Notes under the pieces: generated by a model
Told to the model about the DNA's origin: nothing
What the model saw: only the letters and a program-made list of their open reading frames with translations
The model's database searches: none
Translations under genes and position numbers: made by a program
DNA from: an uncultured Planctomycetales bacterium
Lineage (GTDB): Bacteria; Omnitrophota; Gorgyraeia; Zapsychrales; JAHFFX01
DNA: 60,734 nt
Direction of reading: 5' to 3'
Assembly: GCA_964464475.1 (NCBI GenBank)
Contig: CAYXGG010000004.1
Span: 70,940-131,673, forward strand
Shown: positions 53,457 through 60,734 of the stretch, piece after piece
Layout of the letters: each line of letters starts with the position of its first letter
How positions within the stretch are numbered: the first letter of the stretch is position 1

Positions 53457-53879
53457 TCATTTTTGATTCTCTCCTAATTTAAACCACGGAACAAAAAAGC
53501 TGGCGGAAGTAAACTTAACGACTTCCTGCGCTTTGACTTTCCCCAGGACAACATGGTAAGTCAAAATAGCCACTAATTGCTCTTTGTTTTCCGGTTTTAA
53601 CAAGTTCTCCGGCGTCCCGGCGGGGAGCTTCGCAAAAGCTTCATCAGTCGGAGCAAAGACCGTAAAAGGCCCTGCCCCTTTAGGCGTTTCCACCAATCCT
53701 GCCGCCTGTAGCGCAGTAGCCAGAGTTTTAAAATATCCTGTCTGGACCGCAGTGTCCACGATATCCTTTGGGGCCTCAACAGCAGATGACTTTTTATCAC
53801 TCATACCGGCATACGCGATGGCAGTACTTCCTCCCGCCAACGCAATGACACTGGCTAACACTAATAATTTGTCTTTCAT
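53457..53879 (-). pseudogene. fasciclin (FAS1) domain protein, C-terminally truncated
   Basis: Signal peptide, then [51 protein letters not shown]...[15 protein letters not shown]. The usual C-terminal third, with its NGV(I)H.ID motif, is missing. The ORF ends in unrelated residues [14 protein letters not shown]. Confidence 0.6.
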
Positions 53880-54191
53880 GACTTCCTCCCGTTTTGGTAT
53901 TTTCTGTTGTCCGCGAAATATTCGCTAAGATCTGAACTAATCATATCGGACAAACCCAAACGGTCAACCCAGACTGAAATCTTACAAATGACTGACAAAG
54001 ATATACATGACCAAATAAAACTCATCATCTCTACCTAGAATTAAAAACGTTCTTTAATTTAACGGTCGTTATGCGGACACCAACTAAAGGTGAGGAAAAT
54101 ATTTCTTAAAACAAACAAAAATTAACGCACCCATACGGCCCAAGAAAAAAAGACTTGCGACAAGCAACGACTATTAACGATGCCGCAAAAC

Positions 54192-54698
54192 CTATTTCTT
54201 CTTCGCTTTTTTAGCCGGGGCGGATTTCTTTTTAGTTTTTTTGGTGAGGCTGGAAGGTTTCTTTTCTTTGGTAACTGGAAGCGCGTCCTGAGCCACCGCC
54301 ATCGCAGTTACTGGAGCCACGGGCTGGACAGAAGGTTTGGGATTGACATTATTTTTAGGCTGACCGCTTGCCTTTCGACGCGCAAAACATTCCTTACAGT
54401 ACACCGGACGGTCCCCCGTAGGTTTAAAAGGCACCTCACAATCCTTTCGGCAGTCCGCGCACGTCGCACGAAACGTGGGCCGGCGCTGCGGATTTTCCGG
54501 TGGCCGAGCCTGGAGCGCAGGCCGAGGGGATGACGCTGGCACAACGGCCGGCTTTAAAGAAGCCGCCCTGACCTGAGCCAATTCATTTAAAGACTTCGTC
54601 ATAAACGTGTCTAATTTCTGATCCAGCATGGCCAACTGCTCTTGAATCTTGGCCATAAATCCAACGATGTCGATCTCAGCTGCCGCATTCTTTTTCAT
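54192..54698 (-). CDS. CxxC-x17-CxxC zinc-ribbon domain protein with Lys-rich tail
   Basis: CADC-RKDCEVPFKPTGDRPVY-CKEC has exactly 17 residues between the two CxxC pairs. The tail is KKTKKKSAPAKKAKKK. AGGAG lies 4 nt 5' of the ATG. Confidence 0.7.
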   Translation of the reverse strand: MKKNAAAEIDIVGFMAKIQEQLAMLDQKLDTFMTKSLNELAQVRAASLKPAVVPASSPRPALQARPPENPQRRPTFRATCADCRKDCEVPFKPTGDRPVYCKECFARRKASGQPKNNVNPKPSVQPVAPVTAMAVAQDALPVTKEKKPSSLTKKTKKKSAPAKKAKKK

Positions 54699-54708
54699 AA
54701 GACTCCTT

Positions 54709-54890
54709 ATTATTGACCTTTCTACTACTAATGATGCACTTAAGGAAGTGAACCCGCCTGCCCGTCTCGCTGATGGCGAGCCGAGGCGGACCGGCGAGGC
54801 AGGTACCGCCTTTTTCCCTAGATAGAAAAGTCCTGCCCAATGGGCAGGTACTGGCTACCTTATTGATTCTGGAAGGGAAAAGGCCAGTAA
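54709..54890 (-). repeat. modular intergenic repeat, copy C (core 54753..54804; extra 45-nt hairpin module 54807..54851), ending 13 nt before the ATG at 54698
   Basis: Same order as copy B plus a second hairpin module bounded by the 9-nt direct repeat ggcaggtac (54798-54806 and 54843-54851). Confidence 0.85.
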
Positions 54891-55040
54891 AAAATAATTA
54901 ACGTAATTTCACGACCCAAACTTTACCGCGGTTTGAAAGAAATGGTATCAAAATTTTAGATTTTTATTTTCAATAATCATCAAAGAGCGAAACAAATAAA
55001 ATAACAGCTAACAGCCCGCAAAACAATGGACTCAATTCCC

Positions 55041-55160
55041 TCACTTCTTTTTCACCGACCCGCCTTTTTGAAAATCATCCTGATCCCAATCATCTCCCTC
55101 CCAGCCCTCATCTTGCTGGCCCTTCTCTTTTTCTTTATCATCAAACGCTATTTCTGCCAT
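55041..55160 (-). CDS. possible 39-aa acidic, Trp-containing peptide (unannotated sORF)
   Basis: Hand translation gives MAEIAFDDKEKEKGQQDEGWEGDDWDQDDFQKGGSVKKK. GGGAGGG lies 4 nt 5' of ATG 55160, which is 14 nt after the stop of the upstream membrane-protein gene. Confidence 0.3.
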   Translation of the reverse strand: MAEIAFDDKEKEKGQQDEGWEGDDWDQDDFQKGGSVKKK

Positions 55161-55174
55161 AGTCCCTCCCTGAT

Positions 55175-55738
55175 TTATAAAACAAACAATCCCGAGCTAA
55201 ACAAAAGCGCTACCACCGCCAAGCCCATCCCGACCAAAAAACTGACATCCCCGCCCCACACCAAGCCGCTTTTACGTTCGTTTTCTTTTTTGATGGAAGC
55301 GTAAATCTTTTCCGCGGCCTTAACATATTCAACCCAAAAACGCGACCGCGATGTTTGGGCCCGATATTCTTGAATCAGCCGGTCGGGCTTGATAATACCC
55401 TTGCCCACCGACGACCAAATACTGCGCATGTACGCGAAAATCGCCCAAGCGAGCGCTAGCACGCACATGACTAAAAGCATAGCTACCCACCAAGAAAGCT
55501 TGGCCCGGCATTCTATGGCCGTGCGGACAATCAGCGTTAAGATAACGCCACAAAACCCCAACATGCTGGTGGCCTTCGCGGCCATGGCCTGATTATGTTT
55601 ATCAATCATTTCCCAACCGGTTTTAATGTGTTCAAAAATCTCTTTTAAGTTTTCTACTTTTGGATCATCTTCCATGCGTTTGTCCTGAGTTAAGTGGTTG
55701 AGGTTGAGTTTCCTGAACACCAAATAATTTCTAAACAA
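55175..55738 (-). CDS. hypothetical membrane protein (3-4 TM helices)
   Basis: Hydrophobic segments SMLGFCGVILTLIV, WWVAMLLVMCVLALAWAIFAY and FLVGMGLAVVALLFSSGLFVL. The start is uncertain (TTG 55738 or ATG 55675). Confidence 0.45.
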   Translation of the reverse strand: MFRNYLVFRKLNLNHLTQDKRMEDDPKVENLKEIFEHIKTGWEMIDKHNQAMAAKATSMLGFCGVILTLIVRTAIECRAKLSWWVAMLLVMCVLALAWAIFAYMRSIWSSVGKGIIKPDRLIQEYRAQTSRSRFWVEYVKAAEKIYASIKKENERKSGLVWGGDVSFLVGMGLAVVALLFSSGLFVL

Positions 55739-56000
55739 TAAAGTAAAAGCAGCTTTCTAAATTTTCTTTATAGTAACAGAAAGATCCCTAACGCAATGGG
55801 CTAGTTTTATAAAGTGATGGCTGGCTGAGATTCGGATTCTGATCATTATTTGAATCGTCCTTACTCTCTTCCCCTCGCCTTGTAAAAATCAAAACAGACT
55901 TCACGTATCCAATAGTCCTCAAACCCTTCTTAAGTTGACTAAATCCAGAATTTTCTCAAAGCCTTCTTTACCACACGGAGAGCTTTGTTATACTAGACAC

Positions 56001-57224
56001 ATGATGCGTCGAGGATTACTCGCGTTACTAATACTAGCAAGCCTTTCCCGTGTTGCCCACGGGGCCACGATGCTCAACGTCGGACACGTGGAACTACTCG
56101 GGGCTTACTCCGAAGTCAAAGACGGCAACACCGACGTCGGCCAGGACCTGACGGGATTTTGGGCGCCGATCATCAAAATTTCCGACACGTACTGCGTCAT
56201 TCCCCTCATCGACGTGCATCTTAACCGCGTCGCTCAGTTTCTGCCGGAAGATCAAGGCAACCGTTTCAACAATACCTATTTAACCACCAATACCAACATC
56301 GCCTTTCGCAAAGAATTCAAACCGGGCTGGTTTAGCAAAGTCACGGTACTGGGCACCTGGAATTTCATGAAAGAATCCCAGGAAGACAATTGGGGAAAAG
56401 GTCTCTACGATTACACGGACGTCGGCGCCAATCTGGAAGTCAAGCACCTCAAGAAAACGGACACGAGCGAAGGGAATGCGGCGCTCTCTTTTGAATATTA
56501 CCGCCGCAAGTATCCTAACTTTCAAACCCTCATTTCAGAAACGTCGGTGACGCCCCCGGAAGTGGATGAAAAAGATTTTCACGCGTTTAAACCCAAGCTT
56601 CGCCTGGATTACGCGACCGCCGGTGGGCTAACCCTCTTTGCGCAGCCGTACTTTGAAAGCCGACATTTTGACGACAAACATCTCGTCAAGGACGATGGGA
56701 CGCTCGACCTCGCAAAAAAACGTACCGACAGTCAAGTCGTTCTGGACTTTGGCGCAAGCCATCGACTCCCCTGGGAAAAACTTACACTAGGACTGGACAA
56801 CAGCCTCACGCATTACCGTAGCAACATCGGTTTCTACGATACTCGCTCGACCTTAAGCCTTTCTGATGACGTGTTCACGGCAGATTACTACAACTACGAC
56901 AGCGGTCGGATCTCACCGTGGTTTGAATTTGCGTACCCCATCACCAATGAAAAAATCATCCGCGCCCGGCTAGGCTACGCCTTTAACTATCGCCGCTACC
57001 TAGACCGTAAAGCGCAAAGTGCGAACGGCACCTACTTACCCGAAGACCAAAAAGATAACGAGCAGGAAATGTTTTTTTCTCTGAATATTCCGCTCGCCAA
57101 CGACTGGGACTGGGTCACCCGCTACAGCAACACCCGCACGCGCTCCAACCAAGAATACGAAGCGTTTTACCGCTACAGCTACGATTACGCCACCATCAAA
57201 TCCGGCGTGGCTGTGGATTTCTAA
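56001..57224 (+). CDS. outer-membrane beta-barrel protein, family not recognised
   Basis: Signal peptide MMRRGLLALLILASLSRVAHG. It has an alternating beta-strand pattern rich in Y/F/N/D/T and a C-terminal ..GVAVDF. Confidence 0.5.
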   Translation: MMRRGLLALLILASLSRVAHGATMLNVGHVELLGAYSEVKDGNTDVGQDLTGFWAPIIKISDTYCVIPLIDVHLNRVAQFLPEDQGNRFNNTYLTTNTNIAFRKEFKPGWFSKVTVLGTWNFMKESQEDNWGKGLYDYTDVGANLEVKHLKKTDTSEGNAALSFEYYRRKYPNFQTLISETSVTPPEVDEKDFHAFKPKLRLDYATAGGLTLFAQPYFESRHFDDKHLVKDDGTLDLAKKRTDSQVVLDFGASHRLPWEKLTLGLDNSLTHYRSNIGFYDTRSTLSLSDDVFTADYYNYDSGRISPWFEFAYPITNEKIIRARLGYAFNYRRYLDRKAQSANGTYLPEDQKDNEQEMFFSLNIPLANDWDWVTRYSNTRTRSNQEYEAFYRYSYDYATIKSGVAVDF

Positions 57225-57288
57225 AAATCCCGCTATACAAAATCAGAAAATTTAAAATTTAGCGCATCGAGTTTAGAATTTGAATAAT

Positions 57289-57318
57289 GGGCCGCCGGCG
57301 TTAAGACGAAGGCGGCCC
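57289..57318. terminator. hairpin in the convergent intergenic region
   Basis: gggccgcc / ggcggccc is an 8-bp stem. Confidence 0.4.
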
Positions 57319-57340
57319 CCACGTCTCCTCCACACATCAT

Positions 57341-57387
57341 TTAGTGACTCGTTTCCCGTGACCCGCTTTCGGGCCACGAGTCACTAA
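57341..57387. terminator. long hairpin in the convergent intergenic region
   Basis: ttagtgactcg / cgagtcactaa are the outer arms; the inner stem is cgtgacccg..cgggccacg. Confidence 0.45.
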
Positions 57388-57417
57388 CGACGGACCATCC
57401 TTTTTCATAAATTTGAT

Positions 57418-59478
57418 TTACCAGGAAAGCGGTTGATACCAATCTGGCGTCCCGCGCCAAATAAGACTGCGGATAGGAACGTAAATCACCGTCCATACGT
57501 TTGAACTAAAGGAGAGTTTAATTTCAATATTATTATTACCTACCGCCGTAAAACCCGGGAGATTGGCGCCGAGCACGGAAAAAAGGTCGTTAAACGTATG
57601 CGTGCCTTGCAGCGTACCGTTGTCATTGATCACATAAATATCAAAAGTCGCCCCAACCGACGGATATGAAAAATTGTACGGATTGGTATTCGGGGTCCCG
57701 GCGTTGACCGAATACGTAAGAAAGCTGCCCCCATTGACCGACGCGGTATTAACGACATTCTGTGTCCACTGGGATCCGAACGCCGGGTTGGCGTAAGCGC
57801 GGGAGTTAACAAAAGAATCCGTTGTCCCTTGGTGTTCAAAAAGCACTTTCATGTTCGTGGGAAACAGAGCCGGCGCGGTGGCTCCATAATTGGGAATGGA
57901 ACTTAAATAGATATCCCACGGTAAATCTCGAATTTGCGGTGACGATAATCCCGACAATGAGCTATTAAAACTCGTAGACCAAAGCATTGAAGTCCATCCT
58001 CCCGCACTAGAATCATATGTAATAACCTGGACATCCACTTCATTGGGTTTAGGACGAAAAACGTACTCTTCGGTGCGAACCCAATTTCCGGAATGATTCT
58101 TGAGAACCTTGTGAGTCTGCGCGTCCGAAATCCGATCCATCAGAAAATCTTTGGTTCGTTCATTATTGTCGGTGAGCATCCCCGCGATTTCTGATCGTAA
58201 GCCTGGAATTGATTGCACCTGGGCGTAACGTTTCACCCGGATGTCGGCACGATTGCCCGTGAGAGCTGGATTGAGAGGAAAAACATCCGCAATATCCGGG
58301 ACGCCATCCGAGTCCGAATGCACCTGCAGCGGGGAAGTTTTTTGCACGCGGGCCTCTTCCCAATCGGTCAGCCCATCGCCATCGGTATCCTGCTTTAAAA
58401 CTGCCGTGTGAAAAACGTTGATCTCATCGCTGTCGATCAAAAAATCATTGTCATCATCTGAATCAATGTTGTCCGGGATGCCATCAAAATCATTGTCTCC
58501 CGGCAAACTCCCGGTCGTATAGCCCGGCAAATAGGCCTGCTGTTCCAACTGATTACCCATGATGGCATTCTGCTGTTGCTGATAAAAATTTTGTTGTTGC
58601 TGGTAAATATCCAACGGCCCCGGAACTCCCAAAAATTTGACAGCGTCCGGAGGTGGCGGTTGGTCCGGAATCCCATCTCCATTTAAATCGGGCGGCGGAT
58701 CCGGAAATCCATCGCCATTTTTATCCGGTGGTAAATCAGGAACACCATCCCCATTGGCATCCGGTGGAGGTGGCGGTAAAACATCGACCTCCCAATCAGA
58801 TTGAAATTGTTGCATTTTCTCAGGCGGGGGCACAAAGGGATCACTAACATCTCCCCCACTATCGGCCGTTACGGCAAAACCGGCATTCAGTTGCCGGGTC
58901 TCTCCTCGCGAACCATCACGCAACTCAACTCGTCCACGCTCGACAAATACTTCGGTAAAATCCGGCCGCGCGTTGACATATAAAATCGTTCCGCGCACCC
59001 CGATCGTGGTCATGGGAGTTTTAATTTCAAACTGCTGTTTTTGTTTAGAATTGACTTCGGCTTTTAAGGAAGCTTTGATGACATCAAAAACGCTTTTAGG
59101 TTTACCGGACTTTAAATCCAATCCCAGTTCGCTGATAATCAGCGTTGAATTGGCTTTAATGGACACGACATTTCCATTAGAAAACTCAACGCGGACTGAT
59201 CCGTCAGGGCCCGAGCGAAGTTCATCGCCCTGTTCCAAAACGGCGTTTAACGTGAGCGGAACCCATTCGCTAAGATTCACCTTTCGAACGTCGACCTGAC
59301 CGGCGACCGCGGTCACGAGCCCAGTAAAAGTGCCCGCCATACGATCCAGTTCAGCTTGAGCGGAAAGCTGCTTGGGCGCGGATTGAGTGGAGGCCTCCGC
59401 AGCCAGAATTCCCGATGGGTACACGCACAAGATTCCACACGCGAACGCGAGCCACCCCCCAAGAATTTGTTTAAGCAT
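57418..59478 (-). CDS. secreted FecR-domain protein with Pro-rich tandem repeats and thrombospondin-type-3-like Ca-binding repeats
   Basis: FecR-like region (GQVDVRK......L.....L..GDELRSGPDGSVRVEFSNGNVVSIKANSTL). Three PPD.NGDG.PD repeats. D.D.DG motifs (DNDFDGIPDNIDSDDDND, DTDGDGLTDWEE, SDSDGVPD). Confidence 0.65.
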   Translation of the reverse strand: MLKQILGGWLAFACGILCVYPSGILAAEASTQSAPKQLSAQAELDRMAGTFTGLVTAVAGQVDVRKVNLSEWVPLTLNAVLEQGDELRSGPDGSVRVEFSNGNVVSIKANSTLIISELGLDLKSGKPKSVFDVIKASLKAEVNSKQKQQFEIKTPMTTIGVRGTILYVNARPDFTEVFVERGRVELRDGSRGETRQLNAGFAVTADSGGDVSDPFVPPPEKMQQFQSDWEVDVLPPPPPDANGDGVPDLPPDKNGDGFPDPPPDLNGDGIPDQPPPPDAVKFLGVPGPLDIYQQQQNFYQQQQNAIMGNQLEQQAYLPGYTTGSLPGDNDFDGIPDNIDSDDDNDFLIDSDEINVFHTAVLKQDTDGDGLTDWEEARVQKTSPLQVHSDSDGVPDIADVFPLNPALTGNRADIRVKRYAQVQSIPGLRSEIAGMLTDNNERTKDFLMDRISDAQTHKVLKNHSGNWVRTEEYVFRPKPNEVDVQVITYDSSAGGWTSMLWSTSFNSSLSGLSSPQIRDLPWDIYLSSIPNYGATAPALFPTNMKVLFEHQGTTDSFVNSRAYANPAFGSQWTQNVVNTASVNGGSFLTYSVNAGTPNTNPYNFSYPSVGATFDIYVINDNGTLQGTHTFNDLFSVLGANLPGFTAVGNNNIEIKLSFSSNVWTVIYVPIRSLIWRGTPDWYQPLSW

Positions 59479-59570
59479 GCCCTAATTTTAATGGAATCAA
59501 GAGGAGATAAAACAAAAAATTGAATTTATTTCGTAGACCGTGAATGAATACAACCAGACGAAGAATAATA

Positions 59571-59606
59571 GAGGGCCGCCTGAGTATTGACGCAGGGCGG
59601 CCCCTC
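59571..59606 (-). terminator. hairpin after the DUF309 gene
   Basis: gagggccgcc ... ggcggcccctc, followed on the minus strand by a T-rich run. Confidence 0.45.
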
Positions 59607-59624
59607 ACTTCCATTCACTATTTT

Positions 59625-60164
59625 TTAAGAAAAACGCAACGTAATAAACGGATAGTCTACCAACTCATCCGGCCATTCCCCAGGACCGTCGAACACTTTG
59701 GCAAAATGGCGATCGACGCTGGAAAGAAACTCTGCAATATTCAACCCTAAATAAACCGGTTCCACCCCTTGGGCTTTTTTTAATAAAGCGGTCCCTCCCA
59801 AATAATGGCTGCGCACACCGCGCGCGTCACGCAAATGCCACTTATAGAGTGCGGCTGCGATTTTAATCAGTCCCTGGAGATAATCACTCTCCCGGCTACC
59901 GCGGCCATAGAGCGCCCACAGTCCTTCGAAAGCCTCATGCGTTTCCCACCAGTAAGCGTAATTAAATAAATCAACGCCGTAAAGATACGTCGCGTGCGTT
60001 GACCAATTCTGCACCGTTAACAGCGGCGGCTCAAACTCTTTGCCATAAGAATGACCCTCGGGGTCAGCAGTCGGATGTGGATTTTCTCCCAGGATAAAAC
60101 GATACGGCGGAAAAGGAAGGTTAGAGTAACGCTGAGGGGCTGGTTGGGGTATGGGATGCATCAC
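59625..60164 (-). CDS. DUF309-domain protein
   Basis: YLYGVDLFNYAYWWETHEAFEGLW matches the DUF309 G..LFN...YWE.HE..E..W pattern. Confidence 0.65.
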   Translation of the reverse strand: MMHPIPQPAPQRYSNLPFPPYRFILGENPHPTADPEGHSYGKEFEPPLLTVQNWSTHATYLYGVDLFNYAYWWETHEAFEGLWALYGRGSRESDYLQGLIKIAAALYKWHLRDARGVRSHYLGGTALLKKAQGVEPVYLGLNIAEFLSSVDRHFAKVFDGPGEWPDELVDYPFITLRFS

Positions 60165-60179
60165 AAGAAAGAATCACTT

Positions 60180-60734
60180 TCAAATTGTCTTTAGTTGCAA
60201 CGTTTTTTTAAGCAACATGGTTAAAAATACGAACAACCCAACGGACCACCAGCCCACGAGCATCGTCAGCCCAGTAAAACTGGTCACGGCAAAAATGAAG
60301 TACACCTCATTCTTGCCCGGCACAAGCGGCACGGCTTTATACGCCAGCTGAGCCCGTGACACCGGTACCGGCTGACCATTAACGGTCGCGCTCCACCCCG
60401 CGTGCCAAACGTCCGAGTACAACAGCCACGCCGGCGCCCCAGAGTCATTATGAACTTCAAAAACAACCTGATTAGCGTCAAACCGACGCAAACTCCACGG
60501 TAAACGCACACGCTCTGACACCGTTGGATCGAGGAAGGTCGCAAGCGGGCCGCCCGTAGCACCCCCTGCCGAATGATCCAACAACAATTGTTCCCCCGAG
60601 AAAACACCTTCGCGCAAAAGCTCGGCTTGCGATGAGTCGGCCAACGCGTGGGCTTGCCGAAAAAACTGCACCTTGCTTTCGCTTACTCCGGCCATCGTCA
60701 CCCCGGCCACTTTCTCGCGTGGAAATTCCCAGAA
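60180..60734 (-). CDS. C-terminal part of a large membrane protein (YfhO-like C-terminus); gene continues past the right window edge
   Basis: The frame is open from 60710 to the window end (FWEFPREKVAGVT precedes the track Met). YSDVWHAGWSATVNGQPVPVSRAQLAYKAVPLVPGKNEVYFIF plus a terminal TM helix resembles the C-terminal beta-domain of YfhO-type proteins. Confidence 0.4.
   Translation of the reverse strand, partial: FWEFPREKVAGVTMAGVSESKVQFFRQAHALADSSQAELLREGVFSGEQLLLDHSAGGATGGPLATFLDPTVSERVRLPWSLRRFDANQVVFEVHNDSGAPAWLLYSDVWHAGWSATVNGQPVPVSRAQLAYKAVPLVPGKNEVYFIFAVTSFTGLTMLVGWWSVGLFVFLTMLLKKTLQLKTI

Noticed and set aside
54180-54544. 117-aa (+) and 78-aa (-) Arg-rich ORFs overlapping the CxxC-x17-CxxC gene
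   Set aside because: They are low-complexity Arg/Pro translations of the other frames of a Lys/Ala/Pro-rich gene. The CxxC-x17-CxxC frame has the SD and a recognisable motif.
55026-55304. 92-aa plus-strand hydrophobic ORF
   Set aside because: It has no SD and overlaps the 3' end of the minus-strand membrane-protein gene. The minus-strand sORF in the same place has a strong SD. Neither is proven.
55175-55738. Membrane protein as a SLATT/Pycsar-type defence effector
   Set aside because: There is only a vague resemblance: an N-terminal helix followed by 2-3 TM helices. The window has no cyclase, SMODS or other sensor gene, and I could point to no conserved motif.
1-60734. CRISPR array, tRNA, rRNA, tmRNA, transposase, integrase, prophage
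   Set aside because: I found no regularly spaced direct repeats; the dispersed repeats are single copies tens of kb apart. I saw no T-loop or anticodon-arm pattern in the gene-free gaps and no DDE or tyrosine-recombinase-like ORF. This was a scan by eye only, so small RNAs could have been missed.

Overview
This is a 60.7-kb, gene-dense chromosomal segment from a diderm bacterium, judged from its TonB-dependent receptor, RND/OMF pumps, porins and exosortase/PEP-CTERM genes. I cannot assign a taxon from sequence alone. About 60 of roughly 66 genes lie on the minus strand. I recognised no rRNA, tRNA, CRISPR array, transposase, integrase or phage genes.

Content from left to right:
1. A candidate radical-SAM RiPP locus (1-5984): TonB receptor, family-5 solute-binding protein, an unannotated 37-aa precursor ORF, an rSAM/SPASM maturase and an ABC exporter.
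2. A translationally coupled operon (6125-12529): YtrA-type GntR regulator, ABC ATPase, polytopic membrane protein, small membrane protein, minimal 183-aa exosortase, and a ~1000-aa polytopic VIT-domain protein ending in a PEP-CTERM signal.
3. Housekeeping and miscellaneous genes: pirin, DUF547, a GH94-like phosphorylase, and a second small PEP-CTERM lipoprotein.
4. A TolC-like plus RND pair with no adaptor gene.
5. A mixed block: ppiC, an acyltransferase, yidB, DoxX, Smr, ppa.
6. An ECF sigma / anti-sigma / Spy-like module preceded by a His-rich secreted protein.
7. A dienelactone hydrolase, a porin and a cold-shock gene with a long leader.
8. A sulfate-uptake locus: Rrf2, an unannotated YezD sORF, an OprP-like porin, Sbp and CysTWA.
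9. An SDR and a MazG-like gene.
10. A MarR / MFP / RND operon in which the RND permease and the outer-membrane factor are one 1498-aa ORF.
11. A MOT1-type transporter, small Cys-rich proteins, a divergent GST/HxlR pair, a truncated fasciclin gene, a CxxC-x17-CxxC protein, a beta-barrel OMP, a FecR/TSP3-repeat protein, DUF309 and a partial YfhO-like gene.

Six intergenic sites carry a modular repeat family. Its 52-nt GC-rich core is identical in three copies, inverted in a fourth and absent from a fifth. One copy sits inside the loop of a terminator hairpin. Two others form the 5' leader directly ahead of start codons.

All functional calls come from motif and pattern recognition by eye, with no database search. 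Many start codons are uncertain; the ORF track also uses TTG/GTG starts.
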